A stretch of DNA of 64,000 nucleotides from Carpediemonas membranifera BICM (Eukaryota > Protista > Fornicata): NCBI GenBank assembly GCA_019828565.1, contig JAHDYR010000037.1, forward strand, positions 66,595 to 130,594, written 5' to 3'. Both the position numbers and the translations under genes were made by a program. A model generated the notes under the pieces. It made no database searches. It saw only the letters and a list, made by a program, of their open reading frames with translations, and was not told where the DNA came from. How positions within the stretch are numbered: the first letter of the stretch is position 1; each line of letters begins with the position of its first letter. Shown one piece after another: positions 10,790 through 22,720 of this stretch.

Positions 10790-11808
10790 CCATCAAACCA
10801 TAGGAGCATCTCAAGACCATAAGCCTCCTGTCGGCTCTCCGGGTTAATAGTGACGGATTGAACGAACTTGCTTGACTTGATATCGCGCTGAACTCGGTCG
10901 GGGAACTTCAGCATGAACTTAATCTGGGCGACAGGGTCATAGGACAGAGCGCTGATCACCATCCGGTGAGATTTCTTTGTTCCACGCGGAATGATGCCCA
11001 TGTTCCGGCATAATCTCTGAATCTCCGGCAGCTTGGATGGATCATCATGCGAAATGTATAGCCGTGACTCCCCCGATATCTTCTCGAAGTGGTGAGCGAA
11101 GAGGCAGTCGTGTTCATCGAGAGTCTCTTGCAGGTCGGTGTGGGTGGTTGGGTCATATAGGACGTAAAAAGCCTCCGCGACTTCCACGCTACGCGTGAAA
11201 CCGGCTCCTGCTTGACATTGAAGCTCTTGGTTAGACACCCCATCACGCCCAGAGACATCGGGCTGCTCAGGAGTGAACGCGTTGACGTCCTCGATCAGTG
11301 TTGGGTCTGATATAACAGATCGTATGGCTGGGATGGACAGCAGGTCATACCCAAGATTCTGGAGACTGTCTACCACCGGTGGAGTGTGAATTCCAAGGCG
11401 AACTCCCATGTCGGAGGCCATTGAAACAAATGCATGGCGGAGTCGGTCGTAGCGATTCTTCCCTAACTCGACGGCACAGATAATTGCCATGGCCGTGTAT
11501 AGGCTCTTCGTCTTCGCCTCGTTGTCGACTCGCGTAACAGTCACATGAGCAGTGCTGTGATTCCTCATCAATGCGCTCCAATCAGCATTAACGACTGCAC
11601 TACGTAACGTAGCATCACTATGTGTCACCCTCAGTGGACATGACGTCAGGAAATCTCGGAGAATGCGCAAGCACTGCTCCTTGCTGTCTAAACGAAACGA
11701 TTTGTCGCGGTTTCGGAGCAGAAACTCGTCTAAGACAGCGGTGATGATAGATCCAAGAGAACTGTCCGCCCCATAGGTGATGACGACTTCCCAGTTCTCG
11801 AAACGCAT
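10790..11808 (-). pseudogene. N-terminal half of a third related transposase (family C), cut by element A
   Basis: Ends YDPVAQIKFMLKFPDRVQRD...MLLWFDG| at the A TIR. Aligns with A WFDAVRYLKQAVRHPEWLESD...ILLWLDG. Confidence 0.65.
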
Positions 11809-12085
11809 TGCTTCAATAGCAATAGGACAAATTTACAAAGTAAATACACAAATGTGCTGATGTAGGGCATGGTGGCGGATCTGGCGCTGGTGGCGGACGT
11901 GGAGACACTGGGGGTGCTCCACAACCACGTCCACTGCAAGGGTGACTCATGTAGAGTCGCCCGAAAAGCAGAAAGCATGCGGACAACACAATAGAGGATG
12001 ATTCAGAGATCGAGACAAGTGGTAAGAGGGTGAGGACTGAGTAAATGGATTGCAAATGAGTCTTTTTAATGTCTCACCACCTGTT

Positions 12086-12631
12086 TGGGCCTCAGCGCTG
12101 TCGTTCAGGCCAATCCACGTTTGTGGATCCGTGCAGTTTATGGCTTATCGACCGGACATCTCCTGAACTGAGCGCCAGGGGGGCGGAGGTGGCGTTGGCG
12201 TGGGGCGTGGAGGCGCTGGGGGCGGAGGTGGCGTTGGCGTGGGGCGTGGAGGCGCTGGGGGCGGAGGTGGCGTTGGCGTGGGGCGTGGAGGCGCTGGGGG
12301 CGGGGGTGGCGTTGATATTGGGCAATTACATAAAGTGCACGGTGCTTGGAATTTCATTCCAACCTCAAAATGGCGGGAAAGCATTATTGGAAGGAACTAG
12401 TGGCAGCTATGCGGTTCTTTATACTGCAAAAGCAACCAGCTGTCGTCAAAAGCGCGCCATCTACCATCAATAACCAACATCTGCGTTGCACTCCACTGTT
12501 CTCGGTCGTTAATGCACAAAATCACTAAACAACATCAAAAGGACTGTTCATACGTTATTAAACATTGCTTGCTACTTCTGTTTCATCTTATTGTCGTTTA
12601 CAGCTGTGTTGTCCTCAACAAATGCCAAGAC
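12086..12631 (+). repeat. R module copy 1 (~545 bp; three 39-bp G-rich units at ~12178-12313)
   Basis: Near-identical copies at 18380-18924, 48990-49414, 50761-51228 and 52711-53091. Confidence 0.92.
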
Positions 12632-12767
12632 AGATCAACGAGGCGTTCGCGGCTTCCCGTTGAAGACTTGCCATTGCCAGAGAGAGTGCCATGCCTGGCA
12701 CGTCTCTCTTCTTGTCTGCCGCGTGAAGGAATCGACCAGGCTGGATTCATGTGCAGCTTATGCAGCA

Positions 12768-13829
12768 ATGGACACTCTGGAGTCAGAACTGCATTTGCAG
12801 CAGCTTATTGCTGCTATTGAGCTTACTTGTGGCCCTGTCCCATCAGAAAGAAACAACAGACAGGCCCGAAAGATCGCCGCGGTCATTTCTGGTGAGTTTG
12901 ACAGAGCATTCGACCGTTTCTTGCGCGATCTCTTCGCCGACAGCCCGTCTATCATGAAGAGCTAGATCTCCTGGCGGAGATTCCCCAAGAGCCCATTGAA
13001 GATGTGCCTGTCGCGGTAGGAGAAACCGCCAAGCCTGCATCCAAGCTTCAGCCCAAGACCACCAAGTCTGCGAAGAAGAAGGTGCAGACAAAGAAGCTGA
13101 GACAGCTGGCGCCGCGACGCGCTGGTACGCCTGCCCCGACACAACAGCAGGTCATCGTACCACTCAAGAACCTCAGCCGCCAGGAAGAGACAAGCCTTGA
13201 AACGTGGATTCGCAGCGTGCCGAAAAACTCTGCCATTACCATCGATATCTCTGGGATGGATGGTTTCAACGCCAGTGAGTCGACCCTTCACGAGCTGGAA
13301 CACTCATTCCAGGAGAACAACGTCCGAGTTATTCGGGCCTGGATTGCTTACCAGCTTTGTCTCTACGACTGTTTGTCAAGCCAGAAGATTAAGTATAACG
13401 AAAACGTGGCCCCCAGCGACGCCCTGCTCTCAGTGGCTCTTCAGCAGCAGAGGATCTTTGTCCAGGCGAACAAGCAAGGTGCACTTTCCACACGCCTTAA
13501 CATAACGAAGACCCCCTTCTACAACAACGTTGTGGAGCGTCTGAAACTGATGGGTGAGACAGAAAGCATGATGTCAAAGTTTCACAACATCATTGGTGTC
13601 ATCATCATCCACTTCGCCGACTTCACTTCCTTGCTGAAGAACCGAATGATCCCGAAGGATAACGATACAGTCAGGGGCTTGAGCACCCTCATTGTTCACA
13701 GTCATCTGTGCATGGTTTACTCAACGGCGAAAGATATCCGTCCTGAGATCTACAATGCTCTGACGACAAGCAGTACATTCCCGCCAGACCTTATGGCGTT
13801 TGCAAGAATGGCATTTGGTCTCGGACAAA
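12768..13829 (+). pseudogene. Hypothetical protein, 3'-truncated duplicate of 49456-50624
   Basis: Identical to the minus-strand copy until ...FGLGQ, then joined to region X. Confidence 0.6.
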
Positions 13830-13830
13830 A

Positions 13831-16024
13831 GGTGAGGTGAGAGGAGAAGTTGCCGCCCGTCACGAGGAAAAGATGCCGAAGGTTGGCTACGCTAGAGTTG
13901 ATTGATGACGTCGAGTCACTTGCAAAACGAGTCTAGCGATGGGTGGTGAGCTAGGTGCGAGAGCTATGGAGAGGGCTCCTGGCCCAGTTAAGACTTGTCA
14001 GCCGGCACCATAAGGGAAGAGCGCTCGTGGAGGGACGTACTGTCGACCGACCCGACGTTTGAACCTGATCTGGGGCTCAGTGTCGAAGCTGGTCTGGTCA
14101 AGAGACATGTTGTCAAGCCTTCGCAAGAGTGAAGCTCGGGTCTTGGGCACGGATGTAGCGCGCGGCCAAGAGCTGAAGGGGCGCGAGGAACCGGGGCGTA
14201 TTGTCGCCAGCGTGCAGCTGTCTGTGTTGCGATGTCACCCAGTTGTTGCGCGATAGATGACCCGGCTGGACCCGCGCGGTGTAGACTCGGCTCATGAAGA
14301 GCGCTACTGGGAGTCGTACGCGACAGAGGTCAGTGGGCGCGGTCGGCTGATGTATGCCGAGGCTGCTGATTTCACGGATGGTCGCCGGGACCGTAACCCG
14401 AGGTAAAAGCAAGCCAGTGATAATAGAGAAGGAACGTGCGGACTGTCCAAGAGCAGGCGGTTGACTGCCGCGTGTCGTCGAGACACATGAGCGTACAGTG
14501 TATAGATGCTGCCAAGATATAGGAGCGCTATGTCGCACATGTATGTTCTAAGGAAGCCGCTGAGGCCGCCGTAAGGTTGCTGTGTCCGCGGATAGCCGTT
14601 CAGACTATTGCTCCACGGGGTACAACGGTGGGGTGTCCTGATGTAAGGAGCAGAGGAGTACCGAATGTGTCATGGTGGTTGCACCCAGCCGTACAGGCTG
14701 CTGAAAGTTGAGCTTGGTACTCTGAGGATGTATAGGCAGGAGCTGTCCTGACGTCGAGTCAGTGTCGTGACGTCCTAGCCTTTGTGAACGTTGGGTGAAG
14801 TTATAGAGGCGGATCTGCGACGAGCAGGCCTCAAAACCCAGTCGTTCGTGTGAAATTGTGGCCTGGATATGGAGATATGGAAAATATCTCGACAGATATG
14901 ATAGATCTGGAAGTTCGAGCATGTATGTTGTGACGCTGGGCTATCCCGGCTTACTCTGGAGAAAAGATATAAAAAGGCGAATCTAGATGCCGATGAATCT
15001 AGTTGGCGGAGATATAGTGCCGATCAGTCATAAAGAGTGGGTGTGCCCGAACGCTGCTGGGACTGGAGCGTCCGTGGGGCCCATGAATAACTTGAGGGTC
15101 AATTGAATGACTCACTCAGATGAGACCTCTAACCCATGGTCAGGGTCGCGGGCGTGGACGTGAACCAGTTGGTGAAGCCGCAGCTTGATCGTCTGGCTCG
15201 GTAATGGTGGAATAACTCGTCGAAGGCGAAAAGTAGAAATTACCGTGCGTGTGGAGTAGCGGAGCGCGGAAGACGGAAGAAAGCGCTGAGGAATGCACGA
15301 ACTAATTAAATGGAACCCGAATTGCGCAGGTATTCGCTAAGGGATACTGGCTGAAGGGAAAAAGACTGAAGAAGTCTATCTTTGAGGAAACCGAGCTGGA
15401 AAATAGCTCCAAGGAGACAGAACTTGCTTCTGTAATGCTCCCAAAGCGTCGCTGCATACTTATTGGCAATCGTAGGGAAGTATCAGCAATTGTAGGTGCG
15501 GCGCTAGGTGCTCTGACCTAAAACTGCGGAAAAGTAGACACGGTCCGACAGTCAAGGAGTGGGTCGTATGAGGTGTGTGCTACCGCATTGCTGACGAATT
15601 TCGGTCGGATGGACCGGTCTCCGAGGTGAATGTGGCGTGGAAGCCTTGGCCGTTGATTCTCAGGATGTAGCCATGGAAGACTTGCCTCTGTAAGCCTAGA
15701 CTAGTGTGTGCGGCCATTCTGATGATGATGGTATGAGGACTTAGTGGTTCGGAGACGATACGGACTCGTTGTGCAACAAGGAATTCTGAACAGCTGCTTC
15801 TGCCGAATTACAGTAGCATCGTTGATGCTAGCCCAATAGGCCTTGTCAGTTACCTACAACGAGGCATCTAGTTGTGTTCAAGTTGCAATTGGACACTTCT
15901 AGACGGGAAATTTCCGCAAACGCAATTAGAACGGCAGATACGTGTGATTTCCTATCCAAATTCCGTAAGAAAGCTCTACGTCAGTTGTTAACCCCTGAAC
16001 ACGCGCGCTTAGGAGTAATATTAC
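13831..16024 (-). repeat. Partial inverted copy of non-coding insertion X (55447-57640)
   Basis: Reverse complement identity; 13831 pairs with 57640. Confidence 0.85.
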
Positions 16025-16079
16025 TGTGGTGAACGTAGGATTCACAGGGGAGCTGAACTGATTTATAAACTGCACTGAC

Positions 16080-17030
16080 TTGATCACTACAGGTGTGTTC
16101 CTCAAGGACTTCGGCGAGATCAACCTATCAAGGCTGCAGGACAACCTGCAGGCAGCATCAGGTACCACTAGCACTGTGGTATGGCAGCCTCCGGTTTCGC
16201 GCTACATCAGCATCCCCTTCCAGACCTATTCGAAGAAGAAGGACAAGAGGGCTCGGAAACAGTCTCAACCCGCCCCTCAGTCGGTCGTAACTGTTCGTGA
16301 CAATCTGGCCAGTGAACACAGACAGCGGGAAGCAGCGCACATCGACCAAGTCGCTTCCCAATTTTCCACATGTGTGGCGCAGGCAACGGCACTTATCCAG
16401 ACAGGAATGAACCGGCGCCACGCACTCGACAACTTCACTTATCAGCAGCTACGAAACTCATTGCGCATGTGTTGTGGGGTCTGTCACGATCCGATGAATC
16501 TGCTGCTGAAGATTGAGGACGACAACTCCCTGCAGTGCCAACAATGCGAGAGGTACTTCCATTATAGCTGTGTCAGTGGCTACTTGGAGGAGCGAATGGC
16601 ATACCCGGCATCTAACAGGGCCGATAAGCAGAAGATATCCATCTGCGATGACTGTAAGGCAATCAATGGTAACGACGAGTGCTTTCATCGTACACCTCCA
16701 ACCGAGACCACCCAAGCAGCGGACTGTGGTAGAAGTATTAAGGATGGACCCAGCATGCTCTGCTACTTTTGTTCCAACTGGTTCTGTCCGGATCATATCG
16801 CGGACACCGTTTTTGACACTGGAACTGACATGTTGAAGCGTCCTTCTCGTCGTGTTCCGGTGTGCGTGAATTGCTTTCCTCGCATTCAGAGAGGCCAGCG
16901 ACAGTTCAACGGTGAGTATACCAACGCTGCCCGCGCTATTACAGAGCCATTGACACTCGCGGATGACGAGGCTCGTGATGATGTCAGTATCCGCGAGGAG
17001 GTGAGTGATGAGGAGGATGACCAAGAGTGA
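16080..17030 (+). CDS. Tandem PHD-like zinc-finger protein (C family, 3' part)
   Basis: CGVC..CQQCERYFHYSC..CDDC; CYFCSNWFCPDH..CVNC. Same architecture as the A/B PHD genes. Confidence 0.75.
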   Translation: MITTGVFLKDFGEINLSRLQDNLQAASGTTSTVVWQPPVSRYISIPFQTYSKKKDKRARKQSQPAPQSVVTVRDNLASEHRQREAAHIDQVASQFSTCVAQATALIQTGMNRRHALDNFTYQQLRNSLRMCCGVCHDPMNLLLKIEDDNSLQCQQCERYFHYSCVSGYLEERMAYPASNRADKQKISICDDCKAINGNDECFHRTPPTETTQAADCGRSIKDGPSMLCYFCSNWFCPDHIADTVFDTGTDMLKRPSRRVPVCVNCFPRIQRGQRQFNGEYTNAARAITEPLTLADDEARDDVSIREEVSDEEDDQE

Positions 17031-17344
17031 TAAGTGGAATAAAATGAACGAATGACTGATGCGGCACATTCTGTTTACGCTATACGACGATTTTAGAGAG
17101 CGCCAGAGAGGTGCTGCAGGGAGAGAGCTTGTGCTTGCGTATCCTGAGGGATGCGGGATGGGAGGGGCCGACGTAATTGGCCAATCCACGTTTGTGGATC
17201 ACCTGGTGTCGTCCATACCGGGCGTCTCTCCGCCACAGGCTGTGTTGCTGCGCATGGAAAGCAGTGTTAACTGTGTTCTATTGCACGATAGCACGGGGTT
17301 ATTGACTGATGCGGCACCTACCTTAAATTGCTCGTCATCCACAG

Positions 17345-18358
17345 TTGTGGATGGACCGATATCGCGCTAAGCATCGCCAAGCACCTCTCAAAGGGCAATC
17401 ATCCGCTCGACAAGATCATCACCTGTTCATTTCACCATGGAACGATGAGCAGCTCCGCATCCTTGGCGATAATGCGCGAGTTCTTCAGCTGCTCGCCATG
17501 ATGGTCCCTTGGATGCGGAAGATCTTGGCCTCGCCTGCATTTAACCCCGGGTGCAAGCCCAATAGCACCGAGAAGGACCTCCTCGGCAAAGAGCTCGAAC
17601 AGGACGTGGATTCATCAAGAATCCTTCGTGAGATGTCCAATCGAGCGGCGTACAACAAAGCCCATGCCAGGATCATTCGTGATCTCGTTGAGTACCGGAA
17701 CCGCGCAGCTCACAATGAGCTTGAGCCCGACACCCTGCCCAAGGTCCTGGAGCTGGTCGAGAGCTTGGCCCAGGCCTTCTCGGTTCCATTGCACGATAAC
17801 GTCAGGGCGTTCATCGCGCTGCTTAAGTCGCCAGTGTCGCTCGTTGCGACAAGTGAACATCATGCTCTGACGAAGAAGGTCAGCATTCTTGAGGATGAGA
17901 TTGAGAGGCTGCGTAGCGGCGGCCGTAAGACCATGCTCAGGCTGCCAGGTGTCAGGTCTCAGCCGGAGCCCACCACTTTGGAGCAGGCAACGATGACGAC
18001 TTCGGACGTCGGAGACCTGGATGAGCCGAGGCCCAGGCCCGAAGACACGGGCAAGACGCGCGGTACGCTCATGTCCCGCACACTGACTGCTAGCCAGGTG
18101 GACCAGCTAGCTATGGCCAGAACGCATGACCCCCCGCTTGTCCTGTCAGGACGTTGCATCGTGTGCGGGGGCTCATGCGAGACCTCAGAGTGGGCTTGCC
18201 GTCGTACCTCAACGACGACACCCAAAGATCCTTGCCGAACGTTGATTCGGAAGGTTAGGACTGGGAATACTCGCGACGTCTCTGTCTACCTCACAGATGA
18301 GGCATTTGAGTGGGTCAAACGTCGCGATCAGACAGGCAAGAGAGCGAGACAGGAATAA
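17345..18358 (+). CDS. Swt1-like HEPN-domain protein with coiled coil and C-terminal Cys cluster
   Basis: LVEYRNRAAH matches the RxxxxH HEPN motif in helical context. C-terminal RCIVCG. Confidence 0.6.
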   Translation: MWMDRYRAKHRQAPLKGQSSARQDHHLFISPWNDEQLRILGDNARVLQLLAMMVPWMRKILASPAFNPGCKPNSTEKDLLGKELEQDVDSSRILREMSNRAAYNKAHARIIRDLVEYRNRAAHNELEPDTLPKVLELVESLAQAFSVPLHDNVRAFIALLKSPVSLVATSEHHALTKKVSILEDEIERLRSGGRKTMLRLPGVRSQPEPTTLEQATMTTSDVGDLDEPRPRPEDTGKTRGTLMSRTLTASQVDQLAMARTHDPPLVLSGRCIVCGGSCETSEWACRRTSTTTPKDPCRTLIRKVRTGNTRDVSVYLTDEAFEWVKRRDQTGKRARQE

Positions 18359-18379
18359 ATGAATGTATATGTGCATGTC

Positions 18380-18924
18380 TGGGCCTCAGCGCTGTCGTTC
18401 AGGCCAATCCACGTTTGTGGATCCGTGCAGTTTATGGCTTATCGACCGGACATCTCCTGAACTGAGCGCCAGGGGGCGGAGGTGGCGTTGGCGTGGGGCG
18501 TGGAGGCGCTGGGGGCGGAGGTGGCGTTGGCGTGGGGCGTGGAGGCGCTGGGGGCGGAGGTGGCGTTGGCGTGGGGCGTGGAGGCGCTGGGGGCGGGGGT
18601 GGCGTTGATATTGGGCAATTACATAAAGTGCACGGTGCTTGGAATTTCATTCCAACCTCAAAATGGCGGGAAAGCATTATTGGAAGGAACTAGTGGCAGC
18701 TATGCGGTTCTTTATACTGCAAAAGCAACCAGCTGTCGTCAAAAGCGCGCCATCTACCATCAATAACCAACATCTGCGTTGCACTCCACTGTTCTCGGTC
18801 GTTAATGCACAAAATCACTAAACAACATCAAAAGGACTGTTCATACGTTATTAAACATTGCTTGCTACTTCTGTTTCATCTTATTGTCGTTTACAGCTGT
18901 GTTGTCCTCAACAAATGCCAAGAC
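18380..18924 (+). repeat. R module copy 2 (three 39-bp units)
   Basis: Near-identical to 12086-12631. Confidence 0.92.
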
Positions 18925-19014
18925 GGAGGCAACGCTGTCCGGGCCATCTGTGTCCATGACACTCACGCCTGTTCTCATTTCACAGATGAAAGACAGCCGA
19001 ACACATCAAACCAT

Positions 19015-19730
19015 TTACTTCCTCCCCTTCCTTGTCTTCGGCACACTCTCTTCACCAGTGCCATCTGACAGAAGCTCCGCCACGAGATACACCGTGGCAT
19101 GATTACCCGTAATGACAATGACCTTCTCGTGGCCCGTCTCCCTGATGGCATCACTGAGTTGAGTCAGACTTCTGAAATCCTGAGGGTAGACCCTTCCGTT
19201 GTCGTAAACAGTCGCTGAGTTGACTATGCGACCATCTTCCTCTTCTCTGCGCTGCAGGACCATGACCTTCTCCTTCTCAAGATGCGTCCAAGCCGAGATA
19301 GCAGTGCTTGTCAGCCAGCCCTGGCCGTTGAACAGCTCGGAAGGGTCCCACCATGTGCCCCCTGACCTGGCCCTCGGCCTTTTTGGCCATGGATTCCTCG
19401 GTGTGTTCTCTCAGATGATTTTTTTGAAATGTTTGATTCGATTCTTACCCAGTACTTGGCCGTGCTTAATGTCGTTGAGCGAATGAGCGATGCAGGCTCC
19501 GTCACGGTGAATCTCCTTGGCAGGGCAGGTCAGGATCCTGTCGATCGCGGTTTGTACGTCGAAGACCAGCTCAGGCTCATGCTCGTTGTCACTGATCGAC
19601 ACGACTGACATATTGTCGTCATCTTCCGGCCCACGCACCACCGTGTCAGGCTCCTCCTCGTCTGCCTACTTACCCTTCTTCTCCTCTGTCTCCACCTCCT
19701 TGTCCTCCTTCTTCTCCGTCTCAGCCTTCT
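19015..19730 (-). pseudogene. Second OTU-like gene of C (interrupted reading frame)
   Basis: IHRDGACIAHSL ... WLTSTAISAW ... GNHATVY spread over several frames. Confidence 0.6.
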
Positions 19731-19776
19731 CCTAAACGTACACAGTCGAACGCACTACAAAGGCATATCCAAATCT

Positions 19777-21494
19777 TTATTCAATCTCAACGACCTCGCA
19801 CTTCTTCTGGTACAGCGTGGCGTGAGCCGGATCGCCTTCGATGACAATAGCGAAATTATCTGTCAACCCCCACAAGTCTGCATCGGGTGCAAGCATGGTG
19901 GTGCCATCAAACAGGTATAAGATGGCGGAGATGCCTTGCATGCCGTTGTATCCGTCGTATGACTGGACAACAAGGATGTTCCGCTTCTGCTTCCTTGCCC
20001 AGACTCGGATGGCGTTCGAGTTATAGTAGCCGGAGTCCGGATCTGTCAGGCTACGCTCCGTGACATTCTTCTTAGACCAGTACTTGGCCTTCACTGACTG
20101 GCAGAGGCCACGCTGCCACTTTTCGAAGTCGCCATCAACTCGGCCACCCAACTCAATGGCTTGGAGACAATATGCAACGCAGTTGCCGTCACTCTTGACA
20201 TGAATCGCGGTACAGTTAGTCGTGAGAGCCTCCACGTTGATGCACGTCTGCACCGCGGCCTCAGAGGTGATGCGAGTCTGAGTCTCCGGCTCAGTCTGGA
20301 TGCAGGCGTCGCATGTGTTCACCGTCTCCTCTTCTGCCTCACCCCTCTTCTCCTTCGCCTCCTCCTGCTCCTCCTCTGTCTCCTCCTCTGAGTCCTCAGG
20401 CCTGGCCTTCTCGGGCGTGATGAAGAGGGCCTTGCGCTTCACAGACATGGAGGCCTCGGGCTCGTTCGTAGCGCTTCGGGGGCAGGAAGTCCTGGAGAGC
20501 GTGCCAGACTGTGGCGGCATGGGGCTGGCGGCGAACGAAACATCGCAGGAAGCAAGGTACCCAACGTCATGCTCATGATGGATACGCCTGCACTCAAGAA
20601 AGTGGTCTCTTCTCTCGTCAGTCACCTGCTTCTTCAGCCGCTCGACCTGCTCCTTGAGAGATTGGATCTCCGTCTTCTGAGCAGAGATCAGACTGGCTGT
20701 CACGCGACGTACGACTCGAGCTTCAGCAGGGAGTCTCGTGGTCAACGTCTTCTCGCCAGTAAGCGCCTGAGTATCGATCTGGTCGGCCCAGAGATAGCGC
20801 TGAAGCACGTGGTCGGCGTGATCCTCGCCGGGACAGGCGGCGTTATCCCTGCGGGCCCGCACACGACGAGTACCGCAGATCTCATCGTACACTCGCTCCC
20901 ATACCACGTCATACTTGGACTCGCGCGTGTATTCCATCTCCTTTCCAACTCCTTTCGGTCTTCCTCATCGGCCAGCTTCATCATCTGAACCCGAGTACAA
21001 TCCCTGATGTCCTCGTCCTCCTCCTTCGCGAGTTCACACTCAAGCCTAGCGTTTGTCTTCATTCTAGCCTCACGAATGCTCTTCTTCACCCGAATACGCG
21101 CGCTCTCCACCTCGCCGTCGTACAGGTGCGTGAAGGTATCCCCGCCGAGGACCTGCTTCAGTGTTTTCTTGTGTTCCCCTGTGACCCTTTCACCCTCATT
21201 CAATTTCATCGTCGCCATAAACTGCGCCTTAAGGTCCTTCTTCATATCTTCTGTCTCCTGGCGCGTGAGGCGGAAGAACGTGGCAATACGCTTGAGATTA
21301 ACACCTGTGTAAACAATTTCGCTCAGTAACGTACGTTCCTTGATCACAGTAGCGAGTAAATCGCGCCTAGGCAGCAAAAGCGCGCGAAGGACGTCGCATT
21401 TGCCTTTAGCGCTTGCAGCTGCATTGATCTTGGTCATTAGCTCCTTCTTCTCGAACTCAGTGGCTTCTTCCAGCCAAGTGAACAAGTCTAGCAT
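19777..21494 (-). CDS. Coiled-coil plus OTU-like protease (frameshift near 20940)
   Basis: VKSDGNCVAYCLQ ... AHATLY, close to B NPDGLCIGYCLQ ... EHATLF. Confidence 0.68.
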
Positions 21495-21960
21495 CGTATA
21501 TCGCCAAGAGACGTTAAATGGTTACTAAAAGTTTATGTATATCGCCTGCGGCTTGTAAGCACTCACACCGTGACTACCACCAGCCGTCATCACACCCCTA
21601 GCCCTACCCACACGTCCATTCTCGCCGATGCTGATTAAATCGTCCGGCCAGCGAGCCGGGGCCTTTCGCAAATTTAATATGGCCAAGAGACGTTATCTGC
21701 GGCTAAAACGAGCCCCATATAACCCCCTATGAAGTTATACGGAGAAATCATCGCCGATTTTCACGTTTCGGCGAGCTCCGGCCAAGGGGTCCAGGAGTCA
21801 GCTTTTGGGGGAAGGTCTGTGGTGCTATAACGTACCTCGGGACGCACTGTGGAGGCCCCTAGAGTACTCGGTCATGGCATGTCAGACCAAGGGTCCCTCA
21901 AATCTGGCCCCATTCAGGATGCTCCCCCTAAATGTTCCGTTGCAAGCGTCTGACGGGCGT

Positions 21961-22025
21961 TCTCTGGATACCGACCAAGATGGAGGTCACGTGGATCAAC
22001 GGACGATAATTGCGGTATTCTGGCC
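21961..22025 (+). other. 65-bp non-coding block identical to element A 35085-35149 (and 5007-5071, reverse)
   Basis: Direct sequence comparison. Sits in ~400 bp of weaker similarity. Confidence 0.85.
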
Positions 22026-22720
22026 ATGCCTGGTACTTTCAAATTATCTATACTGATCTATGCTCCATTTATAGTTCATATCGTATGGTCCTGATGGACT
22101 TATGATGATTGATGTTGTTTAGGGATTATTGTTGCTTTAATGATGCTCTGCGCCCGCTTACTGATGTTTCTTAGTGATATGTGCATGCCTACTACGTTAA
22201 AGCTGCCAGTATTCTTTCTATTCTTAAGTTCGCCATTTCAGTCTCGTTGCGAGCATAAAGTGCGCGAATGCGCGGGTCAGTTCCCCCGTTTTCAGCGAAG
22301 CTGATGCGACAACACAGAGGCAAGCGAATCCTTACACCCCAGGCGTCGCCAGGAGGCCGTTGTCTGCCATGAACACTAAGCAGTGGTGAGATAAACGGAA
22401 TTCAGACTTTCTGCCTGCACGACCTCAAATTTTGACTCCCCTCGGCACCGAAAAGGCACCTATATCCATGAATACCCTCTACAGTGATGTATCCACCCGA
22501 TAAATGGATTTCAAATTTGTCGGGTCTCATGATAAATGGATTTCAGACTTTCGTACTGTTGGCCATCTGAGAATTTATGAACGACCTCTAGAATATTTTG
22601 AAATGCAAGAACGTGCCTATGGCACTCTTTTGTACCCCTGAACACGGTTTGACCACTGTTTTGGACATTTGGAGAGATTCGAATTTTTGTGCATGACGAA
22701 AGTCTGAAATCCGTATATCG

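Noticed and set aside
12178-12313. CRISPR array or telomere
   Set aside because: Head-to-tail units with no spacers, no cas genes and an internal location.
12069-12528. Gly/Pro-rich ORFs over the R module (and its copies)
   Set aside because: Products of a 39-bp repeat open in several frames; indels between copies break them.
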